64,000 nt of DNA from Actinobacteria bacterium HGW-Actinobacteria-7 (GCA_002841275.1 PHET01000004.1:11873-75872); one strand, 5' to 3'. Positions 20,525 through 31,095 are shown, counted from the first letter of the stretch. The notes: a model not told the origin generated them from the sequence alone. Numbers and translations: made by a program.

Positions 20525-21595
20525 CTAGTAGAAGTCCATCTCGATGTTGTCAAATACCAAGTCTGGATCTCCTAAGTCCCAGTGACCGCTTACGGCGCGG
20601 GTTCCCACCGCAGGCCAGTACGTTGTGAACGTGAAAGTAGCTGTAGCACCTGGACCGATAGGAAACACGTGGGGCTTCTTGTCGTTCCAAATGTCGCCCT
20701 TCGTGATCAGCGGGGAGAGCCGCGCCCGGGGCCTAGCATCAGATGATAGCCACCAGTCGCCTGGCATCCCGCCCGGATCGCCGATCACCTGGCCGGCCCA
20801 AACCGCGTTGTTGGCGAAGAGCGTACGGCCTGTGTGGTTCGTGATGGTGGCCGTGTAGCGGACTTGCCGTATACGGGACTTCGCCGCCTTTCCCTTCTTG
20901 GTCGGATCTACCAACTCGATCTCCTCGGCCTTACCTACCCTCAGGGTCGAACGGCCCGTCGTAGAGTTCACTTTGGTGTCAAGGGCGAAGGGCGCGGATG
21001 GTAGTACCCAGTGGATCTTCACCTGGGCTCTTGTGTTGATCGGTACTTCCGATCCGGGGGCCAGGCCAACGTCGTCGACGACGGCTTCGCCGGGGCGAAC
21101 TGGTCCGTTCTCGTCAACCACCTCATACTCCAGCGTCGCGTCACGCAGGTCGCTCAGGACTTCATGTGCGTCCTCGCCGACAGCCCAAGAGGGGACGATG
21201 CTGTTGAGGTGGACACCTATGTGTTCGCCGGTGATCCCAATGGGGTAAGGGCGCGTCTCGTCGCGGATCGTGTACTTCTCCGGATGCTTCTCGTCCCAGC
21301 CTTTGTCGAGTACCCGGACGTTCATGAAGTAGCGCCCCGCCTTCACTTGCGCTGTGTCGAGGCGGAGTCCGGTGAGCGGAGGTTTGTACATCGGAAGCCG
21401 TCCGGCGTGGGCAAGCGCCGGGACCGCCACCGTCAAGAAGAGCGTAAGGACTATCGCATGGTAGAAACCGCGCAGCGTCCATTTGGCAGGTTTGTCACCG
21501 ATGAGTCCGCTAAGCCACTTGCGCAGACGCCGATGAGTCGTGTCGAGGAACCATTTCGACACCAACTTGAGCGCCTGGACAAGGTCCTGAAACAT
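20525..21595 (-). CDS. Hypothetical membrane-anchored protein
   Basis: Long ORF, start MFQDLV inferred; one TM (AIVLTLFLTVAVPALA). Confidence 0.6.
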   Translation of the reverse strand: MFQDLVQALKLVSKWFLDTTHRRLRKWLSGLIGDKPAKWTLRGFYHAIVLTLFLTVAVPALAHAGRLPMYKPPLTGLRLDTAQVKAGRYFMNVRVLDKGWDEKHPEKYTIRDETRPYPIGITGEHIGVHLNSIVPSWAVGEDAHEVLSDLRDATLEYEVVDENGPVRPGEAVVDDVGLAPGSEVPINTRAQVKIHWVLPSAPFALDTKVNSTTGRSTLRVGKAEEIELVDPTKKGKAAKSRIRQVRYTATITNHTGRTLFANNAVWAGQVIGDPGGMPGDWWLSSDARPRARLSPLITKGDIWNDKKPHVFPIGPGATATFTFTTYWPAVGTRAVSGHWDLGDPDLVFDNIEMDFY

Positions 21596-21623
21596 GCCTT
21601 CGCCCCAACTGTTGAGCCGGACG

Positions 21624-22283
21624 TCATCGGGTTGAGCAAGCCTTCTCTCGGGTGTCCTTTGCGGCAGCGTGGAAGTAGTTCGAGTAGTCCAACAACGCAT
21701 ACAACCTGTAGCTGGCCTTGCCAGGGGCCACACGCCTCTCCTTCTTGAGCAAGCCGAACTGATGAAGTCGCGAAAGCAGGACGTGGGCGTTCTGAAGGCT
21801 CGAACCTATGTTGTGCTCCTTCAGAAAAGGCTGCAGATCCGTCGCCGTGGTCTCCCTAACATCGAGAAGATGCTCGTAGACTCGGCGAACGGGGGCCTGC
21901 CGGTCCTCGAAGGGAGCGCCCAAGAACTCCACATGACCTTCGTCGTCGGCGAATGCGACAACGTCCTTGATCTCGTCCAGGGCGCGGAGGATACCTCTGC
22001 GATGGCGTGGGTCGACGTGGGAGAAGACCAGTCCCTTGCCGGCTCGTTCCCGACAGAAGCGGTCATGTTCGCCGCGTTGCATCGCAGTATAGACAGCGGC
22101 TGCGAAGTCGGCGTCGAGAACCCGGACCCCTGACAGATCGACCTCAACTAGGCCACCTTCGTCAATGCCGGCAAGTGAGTCGAGGATGGTCGCTGCAAGC
22201 TTCTGGGCTCCGGGATGGTCGAAGCCGTACAGCATCCCCTCGTCGTTGTCGTCGAAGTCCCTCGCGTGGATGACCATATGCAT
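21624..22283 (-). CDS. STAS-like (DUF4325-like) + winged-HTH protein
   Basis: VEVDLSGVRVLDADFA (STAS-like); SLQNAHVLLSRLHQFGLLKKER (wHTH). Confidence 0.55.
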   Translation of the reverse strand: MHMVIHARDFDDNDEGMLYGFDHPGAQKLAATILDSLAGIDEGGLVEVDLSGVRVLDADFAAAVYTAMQRGEHDRFCRERAGKGLVFSHVDPRHRRGILRALDEIKDVVAFADDEGHVEFLGAPFEDRQAPVRRVYEHLLDVRETTATDLQPFLKEHNIGSSLQNAHVLLSRLHQFGLLKKERRVAPGKASYRLYALLDYSNYFHAAAKDTREKACSTR

Positions 22284-22773
22284 GAGGCCCGCCCCCTAAT
22301 GAGACTCATATGAGATGACTGTGAACACTGTACATGATCTGCGCTTTAAAGACAACGCTCGCGCGTGGCACAAGGCGTCGGATGCATGCAAGTTGTTGGC
22401 AGCAAGAACGCGCCGGAAGGTGTTGTAGCCAGTTGATCATCTTGGAAACACGGCGTCGACCTATCCACAAGATCGCTCACACACGCTCGGCGCACTGGCG
22501 ATGCATCCGTGAAAGTGCGCTGGAGCCGAGTAAGAGGTGAAGCAGTTCGTCTCAAGTTGCGGCAACACCGCTTCCGAGGCTGAGAAGTAGCTCAGCGAGC
22601 AGACGCGGGTGACTGCGGTCGAAGTAGGCTATGGCGTGCCACGGGAGACGCCTCGTCAGGCCATTCACCGTGAGTAGCTTGTGATATGCGCAGTTGGCGC
22701 CTCACGCGTCGGAGCCTTTTGCTATAAGTATCGGTGGAGCTTCGCATCGGCACCGCACGAGTTGGGGGGACTA

Positions 22774-24492
22774 GTGTCCAGTCCGAATGATCTGCGCATC
22801 CACTATCAGGCGGTGTTCGATCTCAGACCGCACGATAACGAGCGCGACTGCGCATCAGATGTCGTGAGGTTGGTCCGATCCTGGGTCAAAGCCAAGGAGT
22901 CGGCGAAAGACCACGAGATGGACACTCTTGGGCGCGGCTGGCTCTCCGGTCACTGCGACTGGCAGTGCAAGGGGTCGACGGTCGAAGTCCGCAGCGAGCC
23001 CGGCCGCCTCGAGCCAGGCAAGCCCGAGTTCTGGGCGTTGCGCTACGACGAAGTGTGCGGCGAAGAGCGCCATCGGCGTTGGCGCACAGATGTCGCTCTC
23101 ACCAGGCTCGACGAAGTTGTGCGAGTGGCGGTTCGCGTGAGCCACTATCTGACGCCGGAGTTCATCGGCGAGGAGCCGGAACGGCCCACTGCAACGTCCC
23201 CGAAGGTAGTGAAGACGATACTGCAGGATCGACGATGGCGTGCTTCTGCTGGGACGCAGGAACTGAAGGTGGCTCCCACCGCGATAAGGGTGGGGCACTT
23301 GCCGACCCTCGTAGACGGGCTTGCGGATACGGAACGTACGGTTCCCATCATCGTGGTCTCGGCACTCAGACAGACGAATGAAGAGCCTCTTTCCCCGACG
23401 GATCTGGCTTGGCATGCGGCCGGGGCTGCATCCGTGTTCACTCTGCCAGCCGACGAGGACGTGATCCAGGAGGCCAACTACTACCTGCCGCGTGAGTACC
23501 GCTGCTTCAACGGTCTGGTTCGGGTGTTCATGCCTGGCGTCGATCTGAGTAGCGGTAGCGACTGGCGCAGGCACAGGTTCTTTACGCCCGACTACATCAG
23601 CCAGAGCGGCCCTAGCGCGGTTCTCGGCATGATCTACCGAGGCTTGGCTCGGCGACCGATGGCAACACAAAGGCAGTGTGTCCTCGACGTGGACGATGTG
23701 GCGATGAGGCACATGGATCACGAGAGAGGGCGGCTGCGTCAACTGCTTGAGGGGGCCGCGGACTCCGACGATTTGCAGGCGCAGAAGGAGTGGGCCGAGT
23801 TCCTTCTCGAAGAGAACGCCCGCGCGACAAGTCAAGCGAGTGCACGTGCGAGTGAACTCGACGAAGTTCGACGCCACCTGGATGATCGTGACACCGAACT
23901 GCTCACGGAGATGCAGGCTCACGATGATGACAACAGCGAGTATGAGTACCGGTTGAGGTTCTCCGACGAACGCTTGCGGCGCCTCGAGGGCGAGCTGGCC
24001 AACACGCAGGCCGCAGTGGCTGTGTTGGCCAAGCTCGATACGTTTCCTGGGGATCTCGTCGCGGTGCTGCGTTTGGTCCAAGACCTGTATCCGTCCTCAG
24101 TGGTAGTGCTCGACGACGCGTTCTCGTCTGCAGACGGCTGGCCGTTTGATGTCGACAGGGCGTGGAGGGTCCTCCGGAGCATGGCAGTCTACCTGCCAAG
24201 GCTCCACTTCGAGGAGACCGGCGTCGACATAGAGAAGGAGTTCGAGAGTGCGACTGGCTTCAAGCTGGCGATGACTGAGACGAAGCTCACTAAAGAGGAC
24301 AAGCGGGCTGCCGCGCAACGCCAGCGTGTCCTTGACGGCAACACGATCGATATAACTCCGCACGTGAAGGTCGGTAGCTCGAAGCCGAACATGCTGCGCG
24401 TCCACTACTACGCAGAGCACGAACACAAGCGGATCGTTATCGGACACTGCGGTGATCATCTCGACACTGCCGGGACCCGCAGAAGAAAGTGA
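22774..24492 (+). CDS. Hypothetical defence-island protein with coiled coil and C-terminal RelE-like fold
   Basis: Acidic coiled-coil middle; C-terminal PHVKVG..LRVHYY..KRIVIGHCGDHL; GTG start inferred from RBS. Confidence 0.55.
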   Translation: MSSPNDLRIHYQAVFDLRPHDNERDCASDVVRLVRSWVKAKESAKDHEMDTLGRGWLSGHCDWQCKGSTVEVRSEPGRLEPGKPEFWALRYDEVCGEERHRRWRTDVALTRLDEVVRVAVRVSHYLTPEFIGEEPERPTATSPKVVKTILQDRRWRASAGTQELKVAPTAIRVGHLPTLVDGLADTERTVPIIVVSALRQTNEEPLSPTDLAWHAAGAASVFTLPADEDVIQEANYYLPREYRCFNGLVRVFMPGVDLSSGSDWRRHRFFTPDYISQSGPSAVLGMIYRGLARRPMATQRQCVLDVDDVAMRHMDHERGRLRQLLEGAADSDDLQAQKEWAEFLLEENARATSQASARASELDEVRRHLDDRDTELLTEMQAHDDDNSEYEYRLRFSDERLRRLEGELANTQAAVAVLAKLDTFPGDLVAVLRLVQDLYPSSVVVLDDAFSSADGWPFDVDRAWRVLRSMAVYLPRLHFEETGVDIEKEFESATGFKLAMTETKLTKEDKRAAAQRQRVLDGNTIDITPHVKVGSSKPNMLRVHYYAEHEHKRIVIGHCGDHLDTAGTRRRK

Positions 24493-24684
24493 CAATGCTT
24501 AGTTGGTACCACAACCACTGGCATGTGGGTCGTGAGTGTTCACGTCGGGCTCACGGCCTCAGACCACGCGCAAACGCCGGCGGGGGACGCTTGCGAAGAG
24601 ACCCCTTTGGCGAGCGGTATCTGGTGGCACTCGAAGGGTGATGACACGGCACTGATCGGCGGGTTCATCATTGAGGGATACGCA

Positions 24685-24996
24685 ATGACGATCACGACCG
24701 AGGGCGAGCGCGAGTGCCCCGTTGCCGAGAGTGTTGACATCATTGATAGGGCTACCAGAGCGATCGCTTCTCAGTATGAGGGTGCTGAGATCGTGGATAC
24801 GGGGTTGTTCAAGTTCATTGCCCCCGCAGGAGAGAAGCCGGTCCGTGTAGTTGTCACCCGTGACCATAGGGTTCGTCGACCGCAGGACATTCTGGATCCC
24901 GGTGAATGCGAGTTGCTCGACGCGGACTCTCTGGGGCTGTCGATCGTGCAACTCGTCGGTGGCGAGAAAGCGCTAGTGATCAAGCACTCGTTCTGA
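24685..24996 (+). CDS. Small hypothetical protein
   Basis: RBS GAGGG then ATG 24685. Confidence 0.45.
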   Translation: MTITTEGERECPVAESVDIIDRATRAIASQYEGAEIVDTGLFKFIAPAGEKPVRVVVTRDHRVRRPQDILDPGECELLDADSLGLSIVQLVGGEKALVIKHSF

Positions 24997-24999
24997 CTC

Positions 25000-26007
25000 T
25001 CAGCCGGCCCGGCGTCTCGTCTTCCGGTGTAGCTGGTCTCGTAGCGCTTCGCCCATTATGCGGCCCAGTACAGGAGGAACCGCGTTGCCGACCTGACGGT
25101 AACGCGAACTCTGGGGACCGACGAACTCGAACTCATCCGGGAAACACTGCAGGCGAGCGGACTCTCGAACGGTCAACCGGCGGACACCTGGCACTATGCC
25201 TTGCAAGGGGGACCCCCCAGCAACGAGATACTCGTGGTACTTCGACAACTCGCCGTGAACATCAACTATGTGCGTCCGGTTACCACCGGCAGATGCGGGA
25301 ATGGTCTGCGAAGGCTGGGACAAGTCGATCGGCCTTCCGCCTCCGTTGACCAGCATTCCAGCGAACGGGCTTGGTCGCATAACCGGTCGCTTGGCATAGG
25401 TGATCTTTGCGCGGTTTGGCTCATCCTCGGGTGCGCCTTCAAGTGCCATCGCCGCACTCATATGAGGCGTGGCTCGCCCCGGGCCGTGCGTCGGTTCAGG
25501 AAAGATGAATGCGCTCTCGCGCATGCCGACAATGATCAGTCGACGACGATGCTGAGGAGCACCGTAGTCGGCTGCGTCAACTATCTGGCGCTCCACAAAG
25601 TATCCAAGGTCAGCCAACTGCCTTAGTACGAACTCAAGATATAGTGCGTGACGGCGTGAGGCCAAGCCCGCAACGTTCTCCATCATGAACGCCGGCGGTG
25701 CCATTTCGCTGACGGCACGAACGAACGCGGGAATGCAGTCGCGTGGATCGTCATGCGCCCGCTGGTTGCCGGCAACCGAAAAGGGCTGGCAAGGAGGTCC
25801 TCCAGCCACGAGATCAACTTCGTAGGCAAACTCACTGAAGTCAACCGCCCTTATGTCACCAGGGATGAGATGGACTTCAGGGAAGTTACGCGAGTAGGTG
25901 AGACAGGCGGCAGCGTCGAACTCAACGGCAGCAGCCGTGTCCCAACCAGCCTGTCGAAGGCCATGCGTAAGGCCGCCGGCCCCGCAGAACAGGTCAACGC
26001 TGCGCAC
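25000..26007 (-). CDS. dcm: DNA (cytosine-5)-methyltransferase
   Basis: LFCGAGG, GGPPCQPFS, MENV, QHRRR, RLQCFP, QVGNAVPP motifs. Confidence 0.96.
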   Translation of the reverse strand: MRSVDLFCGAGGLTHGLRQAGWDTAAAVEFDAAACLTYSRNFPEVHLIPGDIRAVDFSEFAYEVDLVAGGPPCQPFSVAGNQRAHDDPRDCIPAFVRAVSEMAPPAFMMENVAGLASRRHALYLEFVLRQLADLGYFVERQIVDAADYGAPQHRRRLIIVGMRESAFIFPEPTHGPGRATPHMSAAMALEGAPEDEPNRAKITYAKRPVMRPSPFAGMLVNGGGRPIDLSQPSQTIPASAGGNRTHIVDVHGELSKYHEYLVAGGSPLQGIVPGVRRLTVRESARLQCFPDEFEFVGPQSSRYRQVGNAVPPVLGRIMGEALRDQLHRKTRRRAG

Positions 26008-26082
26008 GATCCCTCGTCTCCCGAATGCGAATATGCCTTGACCGACAGTGTAGACAGCATCGCCAAAGAGCGACAGATATGT

Positions 26083-26108
26083 GACGTATTGTCCGTGGAC
26101 TTATAGTA
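26083..26108 (+). promoter_or_regulatory. Tandem C-boxes (controller protein operators)
   Basis: GACG-TAT-TGTC CGTG GACT-TAT-AGTA, matching the GACT-N3-AGTC pair with GTG spacer. Confidence 0.8.
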
Positions 26109-26130
26109 CGCAAATGAGTTCACTGGGGCA

Positions 26131-26358
26131 ATGGACGTAGAGGAGATCAAGAAGCAGTTTGGCGTTCGCTTGCACGAGTTGCGGCGACGCCGTGGCCTAT
26201 CTCAGGAGCAGCTGGCCAGTCTAGCCGGCATGGACCGCACATACGTGAGCAGTTGCGAGCGTGGTGCACGCAATATCTCCTTGGTCAACATAGGCAAGCT
26301 GGCAACGGCGTTGGGTGTGGAGCCTTGCGAGCTGTTGCGCACAACAGAGGAGTCCTAG
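26131..26358 (+). CDS. RM controller (C) protein, XRE HTH
   Basis: FGVRLHELRRRRGLSQEQLA..DRTYVSSCERGARNISL; lies between M and R, downstream of C-boxes. Confidence 0.9.
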   Translation: MDVEEIKKQFGVRLHELRRRRGLSQEQLASLAGMDRTYVSSCERGARNISLVNIGKLATALGVEPCELLRTTEES

Positions 26359-27441
26359 TTGCTCAACTCGAGACAGCTCATCGCGAATGAGATCGCCAAC
26401 GATCTTCTGACGTCCGCCACCACCGTGGCACCACCAGCCAGCAATATCGAACGCTCGCTTGTCACAGTCACTGCCTCCAAGTCGCGTGGTCTTCGCGAGT
26501 TGTTGATGATCGTGATCGTCGCTCGGTTGATGGACCCCACATTCAGGGCATCCCGTGACTACGGAGCTTGCAGTCCACGCGGACTGTACCCGGGCATCAA
26601 GCAGGCATTGGCCGCTGCTGGCATCCCGCATGGCAAGGATGGCGCCCTTAACGTCGCCAAAGGCAACCCGCCTATCGATCGACAGTGGGCTGGTGCCCGG
26701 GATGACCAAGCTGCCGCCGACGAAGTGGTTCGTCTCGTGGGCGGACTCGAGGGAATGAACCCGAACGAGGTGCGAGAACTGGGTGCACAGCTCGCCAAGC
26801 TCCTTCTGTTGGAGGCGACTCGAGTGGCGGACCTCACCGTCACGATCTCGCCATCCGAAGACCCCGACTGGCTTGCCACGGCATCGAGACTGCTCATCGA
26901 GAAGGCGCCCGATCGTGGCAACACGCCGCAGGTGATCGCGGGACTCCTTCTGGAAGCGAAGGCTGCAGCACTCGAGGCACCGGTGCGGGTGGACGGTATA
27001 GGGGACTCCGCTTGTGTGACCACGAGCACCAGCAACAAACTCGGAGACCTGTGCGTCCTAGACCCGCGAGGTGCGCCACTGATCGCTTACGAGGTGACCG
27101 TAAAACCCTTCGGGGCCGAGCGAGTTACCGACTGTACTGCGGCGATACACGACTACGGCGCCTCATCAGGTTCTTCCGTCACTGAAATGACGGTCTTGTG
27201 CAGGCCCGAAGACCTGCATCCCGAGGCGATCGGCGGCAACGGCCGGTCCGCGTACCTCGGCGCAGTAGATGATCAAGACGTCCGGTATCTATTCGTCGAT
27301 CTCTTCGAATGGATCCGCCTGGAGTTACTCGGGATGCCGCCCTCTGCCCGCGCGGGGTTCCACTCCTCACTCTCGGAACATGTGAATGACCCGAACACTG
27401 CTGAAGGCGTGAAGGTCGCTTGGGCCGAGATCAACGCGTAG
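26359..27441 (+). CDS. Type II restriction endonuclease (SacI-family-like)
   Basis: Abuts the C gene; GD..AYEVTVKP nuclease-like motif; divergent cognate MTase. Subfamily is tentative. Confidence 0.7.
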   Translation: MLNSRQLIANEIANDLLTSATTVAPPASNIERSLVTVTASKSRGLRELLMIVIVARLMDPTFRASRDYGACSPRGLYPGIKQALAAAGIPHGKDGALNVAKGNPPIDRQWAGARDDQAAADEVVRLVGGLEGMNPNEVRELGAQLAKLLLLEATRVADLTVTISPSEDPDWLATASRLLIEKAPDRGNTPQVIAGLLLEAKAAALEAPVRVDGIGDSACVTTSTSNKLGDLCVLDPRGAPLIAYEVTVKPFGAERVTDCTAAIHDYGASSGSSVTEMTVLCRPEDLHPEAIGGNGRSAYLGAVDDQDVRYLFVDLFEWIRLELLGMPPSARAGFHSSLSEHVNDPNTAEGVKVAWAEINA

Positions 27442-27554
27442 AACTTCGTTGGGTGGAACTGACCTGGCGAGTCGTACGGATCCGGAACACGCGTCCGGAA
27501 CCGATGCCGCAACGATGCGCTGGTTGGCCGCCGTGAGTCGGGACAGCAGGCCAT

Positions 27555-29270
27555 CTACGCAACCGTGAAGGTCTTCTCCCAAGCGTTCGATGAGAGCCAC
27601 GCTGTTCGCGCTTCCACACATTCCGGCGTCCACCGACGCGTGCTGGCGAGTATAGGATCGAGGGGGTAGTTCGCAGCGCGGAGTATCCGCTTCTTCTGGG
27701 TAAACGACTTGTCGGAAAGCGTCCCGTTGAGCTCTTTCGAAACTAGGATCAGGTTGCCTGGCGAGGCGATCACGTCGTCCGTCATGCCATCGTCCACACT
27801 TGGCTTCGACTGAGGCCACAAGTGCTCAACCGTGACGCTGGATAGGTCTACCGGCAGCGGAAACCCTTCGACTTCGAGCATCCGACGCAGTGCGTATTTC
27901 AGAACAGGCGCACTGTCGGGATACCGGTTCGAGCACCTGAGACCCGCGAAGTACGGCTCGAACTCAGCCTGCGTCGGCAGCTTTCGCTTGAGGCTGGTGG
28001 CAAACGAGCTGATCAGGACGGCTCTTGCGTTTGCATCTGGCGCTTGATAGATGAGGCGCCCAGTTCTCGCGTACATGGACGCGACGCCGCCCGAGGAGGA
28101 TCGAGACATGACTGCGGTGATGATGAAGTGAAAGTCCTCGACGGCGCGGAATGCCTTCAGTTCGCTCCTCGCGGTCAAGCCGTCAGCCTCTCTGGCCCGC
28201 ATCACGGACAGCAGAAATGGCAGGGGCACCGCAAGCCTGAGTGACCGAAGGGCGTCGAGACCCCGCTTCACATCGCGCTGCTTGCTGGGCCACTGGCGGT
28301 AACTGGTCTCCAGCATCGAGCGGTAGAGCTCGACGTCTCCACCGATGAGTGTGAGGTAGCTCTCTACTGATGTCTTTGTGAGGAGCTGGTTACGGATAGC
28401 CCGGTAAAGCTGCTTCTTGCCAGTGTAGTCATTCGTCGATAGCCATTGATGGAGCAGGAAGGTGTCGAAGCCAATGGGGACGGGCGCCTTCTCGAGCTTC
28501 TGGACTGCCGCGGTCCATCGGATGCGTGCACCATCAACACTGCCCCTTTTCGCCTTCAGGACCTTGAGCACGTGGTTCTTGACCATGTCCTGCGTGCGGA
28601 GGTTCATCCCTCGGGTATTGAGAGTTTCGAAAACCATATACGCCTCGTCTTGGTCCTCCATCCCCACATGGATGACCTGCAGATCCAGGACCTTGTCGCG
28701 CATGCGCTTAAGTGCCGTCTCGATCGCCTTTGAACTCCCAAGACACGCCTCGAGCTCAGCATCCACCTTCGCGCGTAGGAACTTGAAGGCGTTGTCCACA
28801 CTCAGCTCTTCGAGGCCCGGCTTGCACTCCTCCCGCTTAAGCTCCGGTTCGACGAAACTCAGAATATGGTCCTCGAAGTACGGGGATGACGTCTCGCTGC
28901 GTAGGACGTAGTCCGGCTGGCCGTCGCGGTTGGTCCGTTTGACGTAGGCGTGCACCTTCTTCGCGAGTTCGGCTAACCCGTGCGATGCCATGCTGTCGCG
29001 GACTACGCAAAGAAATAGGACGATCGTGGTCAGCCGCTGTTGACCGTCCACGATCGCCCGTCGTTTTGCCGGGGTTGTGAATGTGACCATCGAGCCAAGA
29101 AAGTGATCGACGGACTGCTCGGAAATGAGGTCCTGCCAGAAGTCAGTCAGGTGCTCGTCTCTCCACATGTACGGGCGCTGAAACCGAGGGATCTCGTAGA
29201 AAGCGGATGTAAGCAGCGTCTCAACCTGCGTTTCCTCGAGCTTCGAGATATTCAAGCTGCGCCTCCCCAA
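27555..29270 (-). CDS. DUF262 + DUF1524(HNH) protein, GmrSD/SspE-like
   Basis: IPRFQRPYMW, VDGQQRLTT, FETLNTRG, VEHLWPQ, GNLILV..N. Confidence 0.92.
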   Translation of the reverse strand: MGRRSLNISKLEETQVETLLTSAFYEIPRFQRPYMWRDEHLTDFWQDLISEQSVDHFLGSMVTFTTPAKRRAIVDGQQRLTTIVLFLCVVRDSMASHGLAELAKKVHAYVKRTNRDGQPDYVLRSETSSPYFEDHILSFVEPELKREECKPGLEELSVDNAFKFLRAKVDAELEACLGSSKAIETALKRMRDKVLDLQVIHVGMEDQDEAYMVFETLNTRGMNLRTQDMVKNHVLKVLKAKRGSVDGARIRWTAAVQKLEKAPVPIGFDTFLLHQWLSTNDYTGKKQLYRAIRNQLLTKTSVESYLTLIGGDVELYRSMLETSYRQWPSKQRDVKRGLDALRSLRLAVPLPFLLSVMRAREADGLTARSELKAFRAVEDFHFIITAVMSRSSSGGVASMYARTGRLIYQAPDANARAVLISSFATSLKRKLPTQAEFEPYFAGLRCSNRYPDSAPVLKYALRRMLEVEGFPLPVDLSSVTVEHLWPQSKPSVDDGMTDDVIASPGNLILVSKELNGTLSDKSFTQKKRILRAANYPLDPILASTRRWTPECVEARTAWLSSNAWEKTFTVA

Positions 29271-29392
29271 GCGACACCGTACCTACTTCAAGTACTCTCC
29301 GTTGAGTGGATGCTAGCAGACTCGAAACGAGGCGAAGGGGGAGGAGGGGCGTCAGACCGTACGATGGCTCCCCGGGCAGGTACTCTGTTTGG

Positions 29393-29776
29393 TCATCCGC
29401 CCTCTCGAGTGTCAAGTGTGTGCTCCAGGAACTGCCCAAAGCGTACGCCGCTGGCAACCGGAGCAACATTCTCGAACAGGCAACGCAGGTTGGCGCTCAA
29501 CTCAAGCTGAATGACCTCCGCCTTCTTCTTCCTGACAGTCAGGCCGTCAAGGTGTGCAAGCAAGTACCCGCTCGGCACGCGCAGATGGTGCAGCTCATGG
29601 CGGCGGTGATCGAACAAGAGCAACTCGATGCAAGTGGCCTTGTCCGCGTCCACCTTTGAGAGTGGGACATCGATCCACCAGATGTTTCGGCGCCAGTTGA
29701 TATTCGCAAAGTGGGTGTACAACGGGTCGAGGTCAGCAACGGCGCTGGCACGTCGCTTCGCTTCACTCTTCAGCAT
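29393..29776 (-). CDS. Hypothetical protein
   Basis: Globular-looking ORF co-oriented with the DUF262 gene. Confidence 0.5.
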   Translation of the reverse strand: MLKSEAKRRASAVADLDPLYTHFANINWRRNIWWIDVPLSKVDADKATCIELLLFDHRRHELHHLRVPSGYLLAHLDGLTVRKKKAEVIQLELSANLRCLFENVAPVASGVRFGQFLEHTLDTREGG

Positions 29777-30357
29777 TGCGGCCTCATTCGTGGGATGAGA
29801 TGCGCCCAGTCGGACTGAACCCATCGTAGTCGCCTCACATTGTACGGCCGAGAGGACGACATCGTCGCCCCGAGCGTGCGAGGGGCATCGCCACAGCGTT
29901 ATCCCCGTCGAAAATGGGTTTTCAGCATCGAGAAGTGGCCCAAATACGCAGACGGGGTCTAGTACTGCTAGAACTCCGTATTGTCAGAATAGTGCCCCCT
30001 ACCCCCTCGGGTAGGTCGTCGAGAAGCGCATCTCCCTGGAGGTGGGCTTCTTTGACGTTCAGGGGCCTCGCCCAGCCAAGGCAGAAGGAGGTGATACGTC
30101 AGGAGGTACTACACGCGTCACGTTTGCAGTGGGTAGAAGATGCGGTGCTCGGTGACCCAATACCCGAAAAGGAGGTGGTTGTGCTCGTGAAGTAGCAGCT
30201 GAATAGCAGGTCATGAATGGTGCTCTAAGGCGTTGTGGCGCCGACTGAGACCCGTTCGAACCAAGGAGGCCACCCAGAGAGGTGGCTTCTTCATTTCCGT
30301 AGCCGGGATCCCAACAGGGGTCTCGGCTTTCTGTGTTTCTGGAGAGGATGATCGACC

Positions 30358-30825
30358 ATGCCACAGGTATATGCACATCTGGATGACCACGCTTTGCTCA
30401 ACCGTCTCGCTGACATGTCGCCCACCAATGCGAAGGCAGCCATGGCCTATCAGGCACTGTGCGATGACGACTGGTTCGCTGCCGTCGCCGAGCTTCGTCG
30501 TCGCTTCCGTTCTCGTGCGACCGAGAAGGCTCTCACCGTGGAAGAGACGTCCTACACTCCTACCGGTCGGCTGCGCCTGGCTACCAGCATCGAGATAGAT
30601 GCCCTCCGGTGGCGTGCCTACTGGAACCGCCAGAGGATGACCTTGGTCTCGGTTTCGAGAATGATCGATCGCTGCGACGCCTGGGCCAGCATCGTGGCTA
30701 CTAAGCGTCGTGCCGGCATGGCAGCTCTTGAGGAGATAGCGGTGGCGATGGAGATCTCACTTGCTGATCTGATCGAGGCTGTCGGTACCGACGGCGAGCG
30801 TGAGCGTTCTGGGCTCCTCAAATAG
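30358..30825 (+). CDS. Hypothetical protein with C-terminal XRE-like HTH
   Basis: RBS GAGGA; RMTLVSVSRMIDRCDAW..ALEEIAVAMEISLADLI. Confidence 0.55.
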   Translation: MPQVYAHLDDHALLNRLADMSPTNAKAAMAYQALCDDDWFAAVAELRRRFRSRATEKALTVEETSYTPTGRLRLATSIEIDALRWRAYWNRQRMTLVSVSRMIDRCDAWASIVATKRRAGMAALEEIAVAMEISLADLIEAVGTDGERERSGLLK

Positions 30826-31095
30826 CCCGGAACGCGGACTATCGGCACCCACCGTTACTTGTCTTGCCCTCACAGAAGCACCGTAGAAGAGCGCATCCGC
30901 TATGAAAGCGTCCACCTGCAGGATCCCTGCATAAATATTTTGGACGCGTATCAGGATGCTCTCGTATCCGGTACGACCGCTGATGAGCGCCGGCCTTGTC
31001 CGTGTATTGCGGATCAGGCCGTTTCATCGGCAGGTGTGAGGGCTCTCTACGTGTGGTGCCGTTTCCTATCCCCGCTGTTTCAAGGAGGTGTCGCC

